A DNA stretch of 63,937 bases, the filler included, from an uncultured bacterium (GTDB taxonomy: Bacteria > Latescibacterota > UBA2968), in NCBI GenBank assembly GCA_964471275.1. It is 12 parts of 12 records of this genome, joined end to end, with 100 filler letters (N's around TTAATTAATTAA, not from the genome) between each part and the next. Parts side by side here need not be neighbours in the genome. Positions count along the whole stretch, not along the records: positions 38,762 to 44,129 come from CAYYGZ010000287.1; positions 44,230 to 49,531 come from CAYYGZ010000288.1; positions 49,632 to 54,852 come from CAYYGZ010000289.1; 9 more parts are not named here. The stretch is one strand, 5' to 3'. The notes beneath the pieces were generated by a model. It had not been told where the DNA came from. It saw only the letters and a program-made list of their open reading frames with translations, and did not search any database. The position numbers and the translations under genes are program-made. This document shows, in pieces, positions 40,890 through 51,874 of the stretch (position 1 is its first letter; each line of letters begins with the position of its first letter).

Positions 40890-41585
40890 ATGGCATCCAT
40901 CGGCTCCGCGTTGGCTTCCAGTGTCGGCCGGAAAATCCTGATGTCGCTGACCGGCATCGTGATGCTCGGTTTTGTGATCGGGCATCTCGTCGGGAATCTG
41001 CAGCTCCTGTCAGGAGATGCGGACGTGTTCAACAGATACGGCCACTTTCTGATCAGTCTGGGCGGTCTCCTCATCCTGGCAGAACTGTTCCTGATCGTCT
41101 GTCTGGTGATTCACGTGATTACGGCAATCTCCATTACTCGCGGAAAGAAGGCCGCACGACCACAGGCCTACAAGAAGCTCAAGTCGGCAGGTGGTGCGAG
41201 CCGGAAGACGCTGGGATCCTCGACGATGATCTACACCGGGGTTCTGATCCTGGTGTTTATGGTGATCCATGTGCGCGCGTTCAAATACGGACCCGCCGAG
41301 GCTGAAGGCTACGTGACGATCATCGATGGTGTGGAGGTCCGAGATCTTCATCGTATGGTGTTCGAGACGTTTCAGCAGCCGGTACCCGTGATCGTATACG
41401 TGATCGCGATGATCGCCCTGGGGATTCACCTGAGTCACGCCTTCTGGAGCGCCCTGCAATCCCTCGGGATCTACCACGAACGTTATACGCCGCTCCTCTT
41501 CAGCGCCGGGCGAGCCCTGGCCGTTCTGATCTCTCTAGGCTTCCTGATCATACCGATCTGGATCTACTTCTCCGGAGCATCTTGA
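40890..41585 (+). CDS. sdhC: Succinate dehydrogenase cytochrome b subunit
   Basis: [15 protein letters not shown] and [14 protein letters not shown]; five TMs; lies upstream of sdhA. Confidence 0.92.
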   Translation: MASIGSALASSVGRKILMSLTGIVMLGFVIGHLVGNLQLLSGDADVFNRYGHFLISLGGLLILAELFLIVCLVIHVITAISITRGKKAARPQAYKKLKSAGGASRKTLGSSTMIYTGVLILVFMVIHVRAFKYGPAEAEGYVTIIDGVEVRDLHRMVFETFQQPVPVIVYVIAMIALGIHLSHAFWSALQSLGIYHERYTPLLFSAGRALAVLISLGFLIIPIWIYFSGAS

Positions 41586-43498
41586 TGACACTCGACTCCA
41601 GAATTCCCGATGGTCCGATTGAGCAGAAGTGGGACAATCGGAAGAGGGACCTGAAGCTCGTCAACCCGGCGAACAAGAGGAAATACAACATCATCGTCGT
41701 GGGTACCGGGCTGGCTGGCGCGTCTGCAGCTGCCTCCCTGGGCGAGATGGGTTACAACGTCCAGAACTTCTGCATTCAGGACTCTCCCCGGCGCGCGCAC
41801 AGTATCGCGGCACAGGGCGGAATCAATGCGGCCAAGAACTATCCGAACGACGGCGACAGTGTCTGGCGACTGTTTTATGACACGGTCAAGGGGGGTGACT
41901 ATCGTTCGCGAGAGGCGAACGTGCACCGTCTCGCGCAGCTGAGCAACAACATTATCGATCAGTGCGTGGCGCAGGGCGTCCCATTCGCTCGAGACTACGG
42001 GGGTCTGCTTTCGAACCGGTCGTTCGGCGGCGCGCAGGTTTCGCGAACGTTCTATGCACGCGGCCAGACCGGTCAGCAGTTGCTGCTCGGCGCTTACAGT
42101 GGGCTGATGAGGCAGGTTTCGACCGGTCAGGTCGATCTGCATCCCCGGTTCGAGATGCACGATCTGGTTCTGGTCGACGGCAAGGCACGCGGTATCGTCG
42201 GGCGTGACCTGGTAACGGGTCGGATCGAACGTCACGTGGCCGACGCGGTCATCCTGGCGACGGGAGGATACGGCGCGGTCTTTTTCCTCTCGACAAACGC
42301 GATCAACAGCAACGTGACGGCGGCCTGGCGCTGCCACAAGCGCGGTGCCCTGTTTGCGAATCCCTGTTACACCCAGATCCATCCGACGTGTATCCCCGTC
42401 TCGGGAGATCATCAGTCGAAGCTGACGCTGATGAGCGAGAGTCTGCGGAACGACGGCCGCGTCTGGGTGCCGAAGGAAAAGGGCGACAAGCGGTCACCCG
42501 ATCAAATTTCAGAGGATGAGCGCGATTATTATCTCGAGAGACGGTACCCGAGCTTTGGGAACCTGGTGCCTCGAGATGTGGCTTCGCGGAATGCGAAGCA
42601 GGTCTGCGACGAGGGGCGCGGGGTCGGGCCGACGGGGCTGTCTGTCTATCTCGATTTCGCCGATTCGATCAAGCGTCTGGGTGAGGATGTGATCCGTGAA
42701 CGCTACGGGAACCTGTTCGAGATGTATGAGCGGATCACGGGTGAGAATCCCTACAAGGTTCCTATGCGGATCTATCCCGCCGTCCACTACACAATGGGCG
42801 GGTTGTGGGTCGACTACAATCTGATGAGCAACGTCCCGGGTCTCTTTGTGCTGGGCGAGGCGAACTTCTCCGACCACGGAGCCAATCGTCTGGGCGCCAG
42901 CGCCTTGATGCAGGGATTGTGCGACGGGTATTTCGTCGCCCCCTACACGATCGGGGACTACCTGGCGGGCAACGAGTTCGATACGATCGACACGTCGCAT
43001 TCAGCGTTCGACCAGGCCGAGCAGGATGTGACCGCCCAGATCGACAAGCTGATGAGCATCCAGGGCAAGCGGACCGTGCGTGACTACCATCATGAACTCG
43101 GTCTAATGATCTGGGAGAATGTCGGGATGTCGCGAGATGAAAAGGGGCTGACTAAGGTTCTCGAGGAGATTCCCAACCTGCGAGAGGATTTCTGGCAAAA
43201 CCTGACCGTTCCCGGGAAGGCGGATCAGTTCAACAAGAATCTGGAGATGGCAGGTCGACTGGCCGATTTCCTGGAACTGGGGGAACTGATGGCGCGCGAC
43301 GCACTGAACCGCGCCGAATCCTGCGGCGGCCATTTCCGCGAGGAAAGCCAGACCGAGGAGGGGGAAGCGCTCAGGAAGGATGACGAGTATTCCTACGTTG
43401 CTGCCTGGGAGTATATGGGTGCCGGGCAGAATCCGACGCTTCACAAGGAAGAGCTGACTTTCGACAACGTGAAACTGACGCAGCGTAGCTACAAATAA
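41585..43498 (+). CDS. sdhA: Succinate dehydrogenase/fumarate reductase flavoprotein
   Basis: [40 protein letters not shown] and ESCGGHFR motifs. Confidence 0.96.
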   Translation: MTLDSRIPDGPIEQKWDNRKRDLKLVNPANKRKYNIIVVGTGLAGASAAASLGEMGYNVQNFCIQDSPRRAHSIAAQGGINAAKNYPNDGDSVWRLFYDTVKGGDYRSREANVHRLAQLSNNIIDQCVAQGVPFARDYGGLLSNRSFGGAQVSRTFYARGQTGQQLLLGAYSGLMRQVSTGQVDLHPRFEMHDLVLVDGKARGIVGRDLVTGRIERHVADAVILATGGYGAVFFLSTNAINSNVTAAWRCHKRGALFANPCYTQIHPTCIPVSGDHQSKLTLMSESLRNDGRVWVPKEKGDKRSPDQISEDERDYYLERRYPSFGNLVPRDVASRNAKQVCDEGRGVGPTGLSVYLDFADSIKRLGEDVIRERYGNLFEMYERITGENPYKVPMRIYPAVHYTMGGLWVDYNLMSNVPGLFVLGEANFSDHGANRLGASALMQGLCDGYFVAPYTIGDYLAGNEFDTIDTSHSAFDQAEQDVTAQIDKLMSIQGKRTVRDYHHELGLMIWENVGMSRDEKGLTKVLEEIPNLREDFWQNLTVPGKADQFNKNLEMAGRLADFLELGELMARDALNRAESCGGHFREESQTEEGEALRKDDEYSYVAAWEYMGAGQNPTLHKEELTFDNVKLTQRSYK

Positions 43499-43509
43499 CG
43501 AGCGAGACT

Positions 43510-44129
43510 ATGGCAGACCTGACACTGAACCTCCACATCTGGAGGCAGGAAGGACCCGACAAGCCGGGCAAACTTGTGCCTTACAAGGCTGAGAATGTGA
43601 ATCCGGATATGTCGTTTCTGGAGATGATCGATGTCGTGAACGAGGATCTGATCGTGAAGGGCGAAGATCCGATCGAGTTTGACAGCGACTGTCGCGAGGG
43701 GATCTGCGGGATGTGCAGTCTCGTGATTAATGGCGTGCCGCACGGCCCGATGAGCGGGACGGGAACCTGTCAGCTGCATATGCGGCATTATCGGGATGGC
43801 GACACGATTACGATTGAGCCCTGGTTATCGAGTGCGTTTCCGGTGGTCAAGGATCTCGTCGTGGATCGCAGTTCTTTCGACCGGATCATCCAGGCGGGCG
43901 GGTTCATTTCGATCAGCACGGGCAATGCACCTGATGCAAACGCGATCCCCGTCGGCAAGGTCGAAGCCGATCAATCGATGGATGTGGCCTCCTGTATCGG
44001 ATGCGGTGCCTGTGTGGCTGCCTGCCCGAATGCGTCGGCATCTCTGTTTACGAGTGCAAAGATCGCCCAGTTCGCGAAGCTTCCGCAAGGCGCTCCCGAG
44101 AGGAGACGGCGTGTTTTGAGTATGGTCGA
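43510..44129 (+). CDS. sdhB: Succinate dehydrogenase iron-sulfur subunit (3' truncated)
   Basis: CREGICGMC and [11 protein letters not shown] motifs. Confidence 0.95.
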
Positions 44130-44430
44130 NNNNNNNNNNNNNNNNNNNNNNNNNNNNNNNNNNNNNNNNNNNNTTAATTAATTAANNNNNNNNNNNNNNN
44201 NNNNNNNNNNNNNNNNNNNNNNNNNNNNNTGCGTGTAAGAGAAGACCGGCAAACAGACGAAATCGGTTGTCTCGAAACTGCTGGAAGGCAATAAGAAGGC
44301 CGTCGTTCGACTCTTGAATGAACTCTCGGGAATATCACCGGAGGGGAAGGAAGACTGGCGAGGGGTAGTGGCGGGCACCATCGATGCGCGGATCGTGACC
44401 CGCGATAGGTGAAGGATTGCTCTAGGCTGG

Positions 44431-44749
44431 CCAGTGTCGTAAAGGTGTTGACATATTGAGCCAGCAGGTAGGGCTAATTCGGGGTCTCTGTCTTCTCTAC
44501 ACGCCGTTGATGACACGGTCTCGGATTTGGATCTGTCTCAGCCCCGGAACGGGGCGACCGCCGCTAGCCTGGGGTGCGGTGCCGCAGCCTGTCCGTCGAG
44601 AGAGGAGCGAAGACGGACTGCGGGGCAAGCCCAGGGCTGAACGGACAACTGTGAACCGCGTCGCAACAACTTCTCGGAACCCGAAAAGGAATGCCCCCGA
44701 CAAGAATCGTACAAACACGTGCGCAAGGGTTACCGGCTTCGATCCGATG
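44431..44749. repeat. 319-bp structured non-coding repeat, copy 1
   Basis: Colinear with 47197-47515; shared blocks ATTGAGCCAG.AGGTAGGGCT, CCCGGAACGGGGCG, TAGCCTGGGGTGCGG, GCAGCCTGTCCGTC, GGAGCGAAGACGGACTGC and AAGGAATGCCCCCG. Confidence 0.9.
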
Positions 44750-45151
44750 CGGGTCTGGTTGCTGCTATGGTTTCCGGTGATGCCGGATTCCTGTAGGTCC
44801 GCTGGTTTTTTACCCGGGCGAGCGGTGGCATTATGGAATCAACGCAGATTGGCTTGGCCGTCTGGTGGAAATGGTGAGCGGAAGCACGCTTGATCGGATC
44901 TTTTTCGAATGGATCCTCTAACCTCTGGGGATGACGGACACTGGTTTTTGACTGCCTGAGATTGCATAGCCAAGACTTGCTACCACACACAACCGGAATC
45001 AGGATGGGAGCCTGGACTGGGTGGGCTTAACAATACCTGTTTCTGGATAGATCGCTCGCAGGACGTCTGCGGCGTTCTTCTGGCTCAGATTCTGCCATTC
45101 TTTGACGACGGGATTGCCAATTTTTTCAGGAGGTTCGAACGTGCCATCTAA
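44750..45151 (+). pseudogene. Remnant of a beta-lactamase-family serine hydrolase
   Basis: Manual translation PLVFYPGERWHYGINADWLGRLVEMVSG..IL*PLGMTDTGF* ... GSLDWVG/NNTCFWID..GVLLAQILPFFD..FERAI*, with stops, frameshifts and an internal deletion. Confidence 0.8.
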
Positions 45152-45170
45152 GGCGGACAAGGATGAGGAT

Positions 45171-46172
45171 ATGCCGATGGATCTGAAACTCAACCCGGAA
45201 GGCGGGAGCCTGATAACGGGCTCTGTAGACATGCACTACGGGTTTCCGCGAATGGTTCGCTCGCAGAGCGGCGACCTGCTTCTGTTCTATCGTGTGGGCA
45301 CGACACACGCCTATGACGATGCGTCGATCGGGATGCGGCGTTCCTCCGACAACGGCAAGTCCTGGTCCGACGAGCGCATTCTCTGGCAGTGCGAGCCGGG
45401 GTTCAGTGCGCACAATCCAGTCAGTATTGTCAACGCGCAGGGAAGGATCATCCTCTGGGCATCACGATTCGAGCACGGACCAAGGCTCCGGCATCCTTGC
45501 TGGTGGTCCAGCTCTGACGATCACGGGCACACCTGGTCAACCTGGACGATGTTCGATCCCTCGGCGCACCACAGCTGCTACTATGTGACCGATGCAGTTC
45601 ACACTTCTGAGGGGCTCCTGGCAATCGATGCTACCTTCCCGGTCACCGCTGAGGGATCTTGTCACACGCGAGTTCATTTTTCCAGCGATGACGGGGTCTC
45701 CTGGGCGTGTCGCTCGAATCTGACTTCACCGAAAGACAATCTTGGCGATGAGGCAGCTCTTCTGGAGGCGGAGGAGGACGCCCTTCTCTGTATTCAGCGC
45801 GATCGGATAAGATCGGATTCTTTCCGTTACTGGTCCCGGGACGGGGGGCATACGTGGGGCGAACGGGAAAGCATTCGAGATATGTTGGGCTGCGTTCTGC
45901 AGCGTCCATTCCTGACGCGTCTTGATGAGAAGTTCTATCTGCTCTCGGGAAGGGATTTCGACCGCAAGCGGGTGGTGGCGTATCTATCGATGGACGGCGG
46001 ACAGACATTCGGGCACCGGCTGGAACTAGACATCTACCAGAAAGATGGCGGCTATACGACAGCCGTTCGTCTGGATCGGGGGGCGTGTCTGATCGCGTGG
46101 TATTCCGACAGTCACACGCACCCGCTCAAGCCCGACATCAAAACGGCGAATCTGACAGTACGTTTACGCTGA
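45171..46172 (+). CDS. Sialidase-like beta-propeller (BNR/Asp-box) protein
   Basis: YGFP and multiple Asp boxes (SSDNGKSW, SDDHGHTW, SSDDGVSW, SRDGGHTW, SMDGGQTF). Confidence 0.85.
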   Translation: MPMDLKLNPEGGSLITGSVDMHYGFPRMVRSQSGDLLLFYRVGTTHAYDDASIGMRRSSDNGKSWSDERILWQCEPGFSAHNPVSIVNAQGRIILWASRFEHGPRLRHPCWWSSSDDHGHTWSTWTMFDPSAHHSCYYVTDAVHTSEGLLAIDATFPVTAEGSCHTRVHFSSDDGVSWACRSNLTSPKDNLGDEAALLEAEEDALLCIQRDRIRSDSFRYWSRDGGHTWGERESIRDMLGCVLQRPFLTRLDEKFYLLSGRDFDRKRVVAYLSMDGGQTFGHRLELDIYQKDGGYTTAVRLDRGACLIAWYSDSHTHPLKPDIKTANLTVRLR

Positions 46173-46343
46173 ACGGGTTCACTTCAGGGGGTAGGTAATC
46201 AGGATGAATAGAGCCATTGAACTTAGTGATCGTGTGGACAGGCTGCTCATCGACCGGTTGGATAACGTGTCGCTTCGACTGCATGAGCCTGTAACTGGAC
46301 TGGCAGTTTATCTTGGGGCGTGAACACCGAAATAGGGGGGAGA

Positions 46344-47141
46344 ATGGTCAGAGAAGAGCTTACAGAGGCAGAATGGGCGCAATTCGAGCGAGATGGGTAT
46401 GTCTGGCTCGGGAGGGTGATGGATGACGAGGAGTTGGCCCGGGTCGGCAAGCGAATCGATGACATCATGCTCGGAACGGCAGATGCCGATTATGACCGGA
46501 CGATGATGCAGTTGGACAGCGATCCCGAGAGGGATGGCAATCCGGGACCTCAGTCATTTGGGCATAAGGCTGCGACACTCGCGTACCGGAAGATCCAGGG
46601 ACTCGAGTATGACGCGGACCATCTGGAATACATGCAGAAACCGCTCATGCGGCACATCTGCGAGCAAATCTACGGCAAAGAGGCATCGATCGCCTGCTTC
46701 CGAGCGATGTTCATGAATAAGCCTGCGTATGAGGGAACGGAGCTTCAATGGCATCAGGACCGGTGGTCGGATCTGGATCGAGACCCTCAGATTACGGTTT
46801 GGGCGGCCCTGAACGACGCGACGATCGCGAATGGATGCGTCAAAGTGGTCCCCGGTACTCAGCACACGCTGCTCAACCCGGATCACGGCTCCGGTTTCCT
46901 GAATGAGGATCAAATTGCGCAGCTTGTGGCCGAGAATGAACCGAAGTATCTGGAGATCAAGGCGGGGGAGGGTATGCTGCTCCACAACTGGGTACTTCAC
47001 AGCTCAGAAGTGAATTCTACAGACATTCCCAGACGCGCCTTCAGCGTCTGCTATATGGATGCAGCAACGGTCTCGAGTCGGGGGAAGGCATTCCCCGTTA
47101 TCTTCGGTCCGGATGTGCTGACGGTGGATAAGATTGCTTGA
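46344..47141 (+). CDS. Phytanoyl-CoA dioxygenase (PhyH) family protein
   Basis: QFERDGY, WHQD, VWAALNDATIANGC.KVVPGTQ and LHSS..N.TD.PRRA motifs. Confidence 0.9.
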   Translation: MVREELTEAEWAQFERDGYVWLGRVMDDEELARVGKRIDDIMLGTADADYDRTMMQLDSDPERDGNPGPQSFGHKAATLAYRKIQGLEYDADHLEYMQKPLMRHICEQIYGKEASIACFRAMFMNKPAYEGTELQWHQDRWSDLDRDPQITVWAALNDATIANGCVKVVPGTQHTLLNPDHGSGFLNEDQIAQLVAENEPKYLEIKAGEGMLLHNWVLHSSEVNSTDIPRRAFSVCYMDAATVSSRGKAFPVIFGPDVLTVDKIA

Positions 47142-47196
47142 TCGGGCAAGCTTGCTGAGGGTGCGATGTGTGTCCGGAAACTGGAGGCTAGTGTGT

Positions 47197-47515
47197 CCAG
47201 TGTCAGCGTGGCGTTGGCACATTGAGCCAGTAGGTAGGGCTGATTTGGGATCGCTGCTTTCTTTACATGCTGCTGATGACACTGTTGCGAATCTGGATCT
47301 GCCTCAGACCCGGAACGGGGCGGTCGCTGGTAGCCTGGGGTGCGGCCGCGCAGCCTGTCCGTCAAGATCGGAGCGAAGACGGACTGCAGGGCAAACCCCA
47401 AGGCTGGACGGACAATCGTGATCCGCGTCGCGATGATTTCTCGCAACCTGATAAGGAATGCCCCCGGCGCGAATCGTACCAACACGAGCGTGCAGGTAAC
47501 TGCCCCGATTCGATG
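47197..47515. repeat. 319-bp structured non-coding repeat, copy 2
   Basis: Direct, diverged copy of 44431-44749 at an offset of 2766 bp. Confidence 0.9.
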
Positions 47516-47570
47516 AAGCGTCCGACGCCAACGAATCTGAACGGTAAGTACCATTCTGAATCAGTACAGG

Positions 47571-49211
47571 CTAGCAGGCAGCGACATATCCGTCTCGGCG
47601 GGGATCTACGCCGCCGACAAGGACACCTGACTCCGGATTCCGCTGGATGAATTGCGCGTTTCCGGGCCCACCCCAATCACCCAGAATCTCGAGCACGTGG
47701 CCATATTTTTCGAGTTCGGCGCGGACACCCTCTTCGAAGCGCGACTCCATCTGAAGCTTATTCTCGCAGGTGTGCGGCACGGTGGATTCCATCGGATTCT
47801 GCAGACTTCGCCACCGTGGGGCCTCCACTGCCTCCTGCGGAGTCATCCCAAAGTGGATCGCGTGCGTGAGCAACTGTAGATTGGTCTGGACCTGCGTGTC
47901 GGCGCCCGGCGTTCCGCAGACGATGACGGGTTGATTGTCCCGAGTTGCGATAACGGGATTCATCGTGTGTCGGACCCGCTTGCCCGGAGCGAGATCGTTC
48001 GGATGACCCTCCTCCTGGTGCCAGTAGGTCATCCGGTTGTTCAGCAGGATGCCCGTTCGTCCCGCAATCAGGCTCGATCCACACCCGCCCTGTATGCTTT
48101 GCAGGATGCAGACCGCGTTGCCCTCACCGTCGGCCACGGTGAAGCAGGTTGTTTCATCCCTCGATTCAGCGATTCCTGAAACCAGATTCTGTGCAGCGCA
48201 TCCCGGATCGATCTCCTTCGCTCGCTCCTCCGCATACGCTTTTGACAGCAATTCCGTGATCGGCACGTCGATCCAATCCGGGTCCGCCATATGTCGTTCC
48301 CGGTCGGAAAAGGCGAGTTTCTTCGCCTCGACCATCGTGTGAATGCTGTCCGATGTGAGGCATCCCATGCCCTGTATGTCGAAATTCTCGATCAGATTGA
48401 GCTCCTGCAGCAGGATGTGCCCGCTCGAATTCGGCGGCATTTCATAGACCCGATGATCGTGGTAGTCGACGTGGATGGGTTCATCCCACCGGGCTCTGTA
48501 TTTGGCGAGGTCATCCACATTCAGCAGGCCGTCGCGCTGATCGCTGAATGCTGCGATCGCTTCCGCGATCTCACCCTCGTAGAATGCCTGTCGTCCTTCC
48601 TGCGCAATCTGGCGGAAGGTCCGACCCAGGTCACCTTGGTAGAGGATTTCGCCTGCCCGTAAGGGTCGCCCATCCGGCTCGAAGATTGCCTGTGTGAACG
48701 GGTCCGACCCAAACCGGTCATGTTCACCTGCCAGGGTCGTCGCCAGCTTGTGACTCACGGGAAAGCCCTGCTCGCAGAGTTCGATTGCCGGTGTGAGCAC
48801 GTTCAGCAGAGGCAGCTTACCGAGCTGCCGGTGGGCGATTAGCCAGCCATCCACGATGCCCGGTATGGATACGCTCAGAATGCCCTTCATCGGTATGCCG
48901 CCACGGTCAACGTAGAAATCACGTGTTGCGCCGGAGGGTGCCGGCCCCGTGGCGTTAACACCATAGACACGCTTTGTGGCCGCATCGTAGCACATGATGA
49001 AGCCGTCTCCGCCGACTCCGGACATGGGGAGTTCCACGACTCCGATTGCTGCCGCAGTAGCGATGGCAGCATCGATCGCATTTCCACCTGCCTGGAGTGT
49101 TTGCACCCCGGCCTGTGACGCGAGGGGGTGCCCTGAAGTGACTACCCCGTTTCGCCCCATAACGTTCGGGCGATGTGCGGGGTAGGTGATCTGGTGAGGT
49201 GAGGAGGGCAT
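47571..49211 (-). CDS. ggt: Gamma-glutamyltransferase family protein
   Basis: GGNAIDAAIA, SGVGGDGF, PPNSSG, ETTCFTVAD (Thr nucleophile) and DPRRDG motifs; ATG at 49211. Confidence 0.93.
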   Translation of the reverse strand: MPSSPHQITYPAHRPNVMGRNGVVTSGHPLASQAGVQTLQAGGNAIDAAIATAAAIGVVELPMSGVGGDGFIMCYDAATKRVYGVNATGPAPSGATRDFYVDRGGIPMKGILSVSIPGIVDGWLIAHRQLGKLPLLNVLTPAIELCEQGFPVSHKLATTLAGEHDRFGSDPFTQAIFEPDGRPLRAGEILYQGDLGRTFRQIAQEGRQAFYEGEIAEAIAAFSDQRDGLLNVDDLAKYRARWDEPIHVDYHDHRVYEMPPNSSGHILLQELNLIENFDIQGMGCLTSDSIHTMVEAKKLAFSDRERHMADPDWIDVPITELLSKAYAEERAKEIDPGCAAQNLVSGIAESRDETTCFTVADGEGNAVCILQSIQGGCGSSLIAGRTGILLNNRMTYWHQEEGHPNDLAPGKRVRHTMNPVIATRDNQPVIVCGTPGADTQVQTNLQLLTHAIHFGMTPQEAVEAPRWRSLQNPMESTVPHTCENKLQMESRFEEGVRAELEKYGHVLEILGDWGGPGNAQFIQRNPESGVLVGGVDPRRDGYVAAC

Positions 49212-49304
49212 GGCGTTACTCGTTTGTGTAGGGTCTGGAGTGCTCAAGGGAGGAAGATAGAGTCGCAAAGCGAGCAGCGCAAAGCTAAGGCCGGAATGTT
49301 CCCC

Positions 49305-49531
49305 CGTAGTAGCTCCCCCAAAGTGAGACGTTTTCAAGCTGCCATTAGAGTTGATTGATGTGCTTCATTCACTTCGTTTGGTTCGAGGAACTCAACGAAG
49401 TGTTTCGAACTGGGCTGAGCACCATTGTCGCTCCGTAGAACCAGGTCTGAACACGATTCCTTAGTTCGCAACCCACGGGATTCAAGAGCCGGGCGAACAG
49501 CACTGCTCCTGTCTGATACCTTACACCGATC
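49305..49531 (-). mobile_element. Degenerate IS3-family (rve/DDE) transposase 3' end with terminal repeat
   Basis: Minus-strand 49531-49334 reads ..LVLRSDNGAQPSSKHFVEFL..TLMAA*, followed by AAACGTCTCACTTTGGGGGAGCTACTAC; lies at a contig end. Confidence 0.7.
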
Positions 49532-49631
49532 NNNNNNNNNNNNNNNNNNNNNNNNNNNNNNNNNNNNNNNNNNNNTTAATTAATTAANNNNNNNNNNNNN
49601 NNNNNNNNNNNNNNNNNNNNNNNNNNNNNNN

Positions 49632-51835
49632 ACACCCTTACCGGCGCGCCTCGTCAGCCGGTAGTCCGAGACGGCTGTGCGCTTGCCATACCCCAGCTCA
49701 CAGACCGTCAGCAGATCGGTATCATCGTCGGCGACAACCATGCCGATAACGACATCATCCTTTGCCAGTGAAATTCCGCGCACACCCTGACTGCCCCGTC
49801 CCGTTGCACGCACCTCCTCCTCGTGGAAACGGACAGCCTGGCCGCTCTTTGTCGCAACGATAATTTCCTGGTTTCCATCCGAAATCCATGCCTCAACAAG
49901 CGTATCCTCCTCGAGGATATTCATTGCGATGATACCGCCGCGTCGCGGACGGCTATACGCGGAGAGGGCCGTCTTCTTGATCTGGCCGTTCTGCGTCGCC
50001 TGGACCAGGAACTCGTTTTCCTTGAACTCCTTGACCGGTACGATCGCAGCAACCTTGTGGTCCTCACCGATGTCGATCAGGTTTACAATCGGCCGGCCAC
50101 GAGCAGTACGCAGTCCCTGCGAAATCCGGTAGACTTTCAGCCAGTGACAGTGGCCCTTGTCGGTCAGGAACAGGATGTAGTCGTGCGTAGAGGCGACGAA
50201 CAGGTGTTCGACGAAATCTTCGTCCTTTGTTCCCATGCCCGTGACGCCGCGTCCCCCGCGGTGCTGGCTGCGGTAGGTATCTACCGGCATGCGTTTGATA
50301 TAGCCGCTGTGGGAAATCGTGATAACGACATCCTCAACCGGAATCAGATCCTCGACATCGATCTCCTCAGCTGACACAACAATTTCGCTGCGCCGCTCGT
50401 CACCGAATTCCTCAAGAATATCGTCAAGTTCATCCTTGATGATGCCCATCCGAATCTCGTGACTGCCGAGAATTTCCTTGAGCCGTGCGATCTCGGTCAC
50501 CAACGCCTGGTATTCGTCTTCTATCTTCTGCTGCTCGAGATTCGTCAAACGCTGGAGCGTCATCGCAAGGATGGCTTGCGCTTGCCGCTCGGATAATTCG
50601 AGCTGATTCATCAAGGCGATCCGTGCGGACGCAGGGTCGGCAGATCCGCGGATAATCCGAATCACCTCGTCGATCTTGTCGAGTGCAATCCGCAGACCTT
50701 CGAGGATGTGTGCTCGGTCTTCGGCAACGCGCAGCTCGTAGGTTGTCCGTCTGACCACCACCTCGTGGCGATGGTCGACGAAGTACTTCAACATCTGTTT
50801 CAGATTAAGCTGCCGGGGTACGCCGTTCACCAGCGAGATCAGGTTTGCTGCGAAGGTCGTTTGCAACTGCGTGTGCTTATACAGCAGGTTCAGTACGACC
50901 CCTGAGTTTGCATCACGCTTGAGCTCGACCACGACCCTCAGACCGTCGCGGTCCGACTCATCTCGTATGTTGGAGATCCCCTCGATGCGCTTGTCGCGGA
51001 CAAGATCCGCCATCTTCTCGAGCAGCGTCGATTTCGCGACCATGTAGGGTATTTCCGTGATCACGATGATCTCGCGATCCCCCTTGCCCTCCTCGATCGC
51101 GGCCTTCGCGCGCACCCGTACGTGGCCCTTGCCCAGGTGGTAGGCAGCACGGACCCCGGCCATGCCGTGGATGATCCCGCCTGTCGGGAAATCCGGGGCC
51201 TTTATGTGCTCCATCAGCTCATCGATCGATATCTCCGGGTCGTCGATCAGGGCCTTGAGTGCGCTGACGACCTCGGTCACATTGTGGGGTGGTATCGCCG
51301 TTGCCATACTGACAGCGATACCCACGGCACCGTTGCACAGCAGGTTCGGAAAACGCGAGGGCAGAACGCTTGGCTCTTCCAGACGTTCGTCGTAGTTTGG
51401 CCGGAAATCGACCGTTTCCTTGTCCAGATCCGTGAGCATGGCACCACCGGCACCGGCAAGCCTGGACTCGGTGTACCGCATGGCTGCCGGTGGATAGCCG
51501 TCAATCGAACCAAAGTTGCCCTGCCCGTCGACCAGCTGGTATCGCATCCGGAAATCCTGCGCCAGATGGACAAGCGTCGGGTAGACAATTGCTTCGCCGT
51601 GAGGATGGTAGTTACCGGATGTATGTCCGGCGACGTTCGCACACTTACGGTGTTGTCTGTTGGGCTGTAGACCCAGGTCATTCATGGCAACAAGGATCCG
51701 TCGCTGTGAAGGCTTGAGTCCGTCGCGAACATCTGGTAGCGCCCGATCCACCAGGGTGCTCATGGAGTAGTCCAACATCGACTTCTTCAGTTCCTCGCCG
51801 ATATCGACTGGAACCACCCGCGCTCGATCCATCAT
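49632..51835 (-). CDS. gyrA: DNA gyrase subunit A (3' truncated)
   Basis: RALPDVRDGLKP, YHPHG, AAMRYTE and GyrA-box QHRGGRG. Confidence 0.97.
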
Positions 51836-51874
51836 TTATCCCTATGTCTGTTCAAACCGTACAACCACACTTGA

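Noticed and set aside
44431..47515. CRISPR array or integron attC interpretation of the repeats
   Set aside because: Only two long diverged copies, no short repeat-spacer periodicity, and no cas or integrase gene on the contig.
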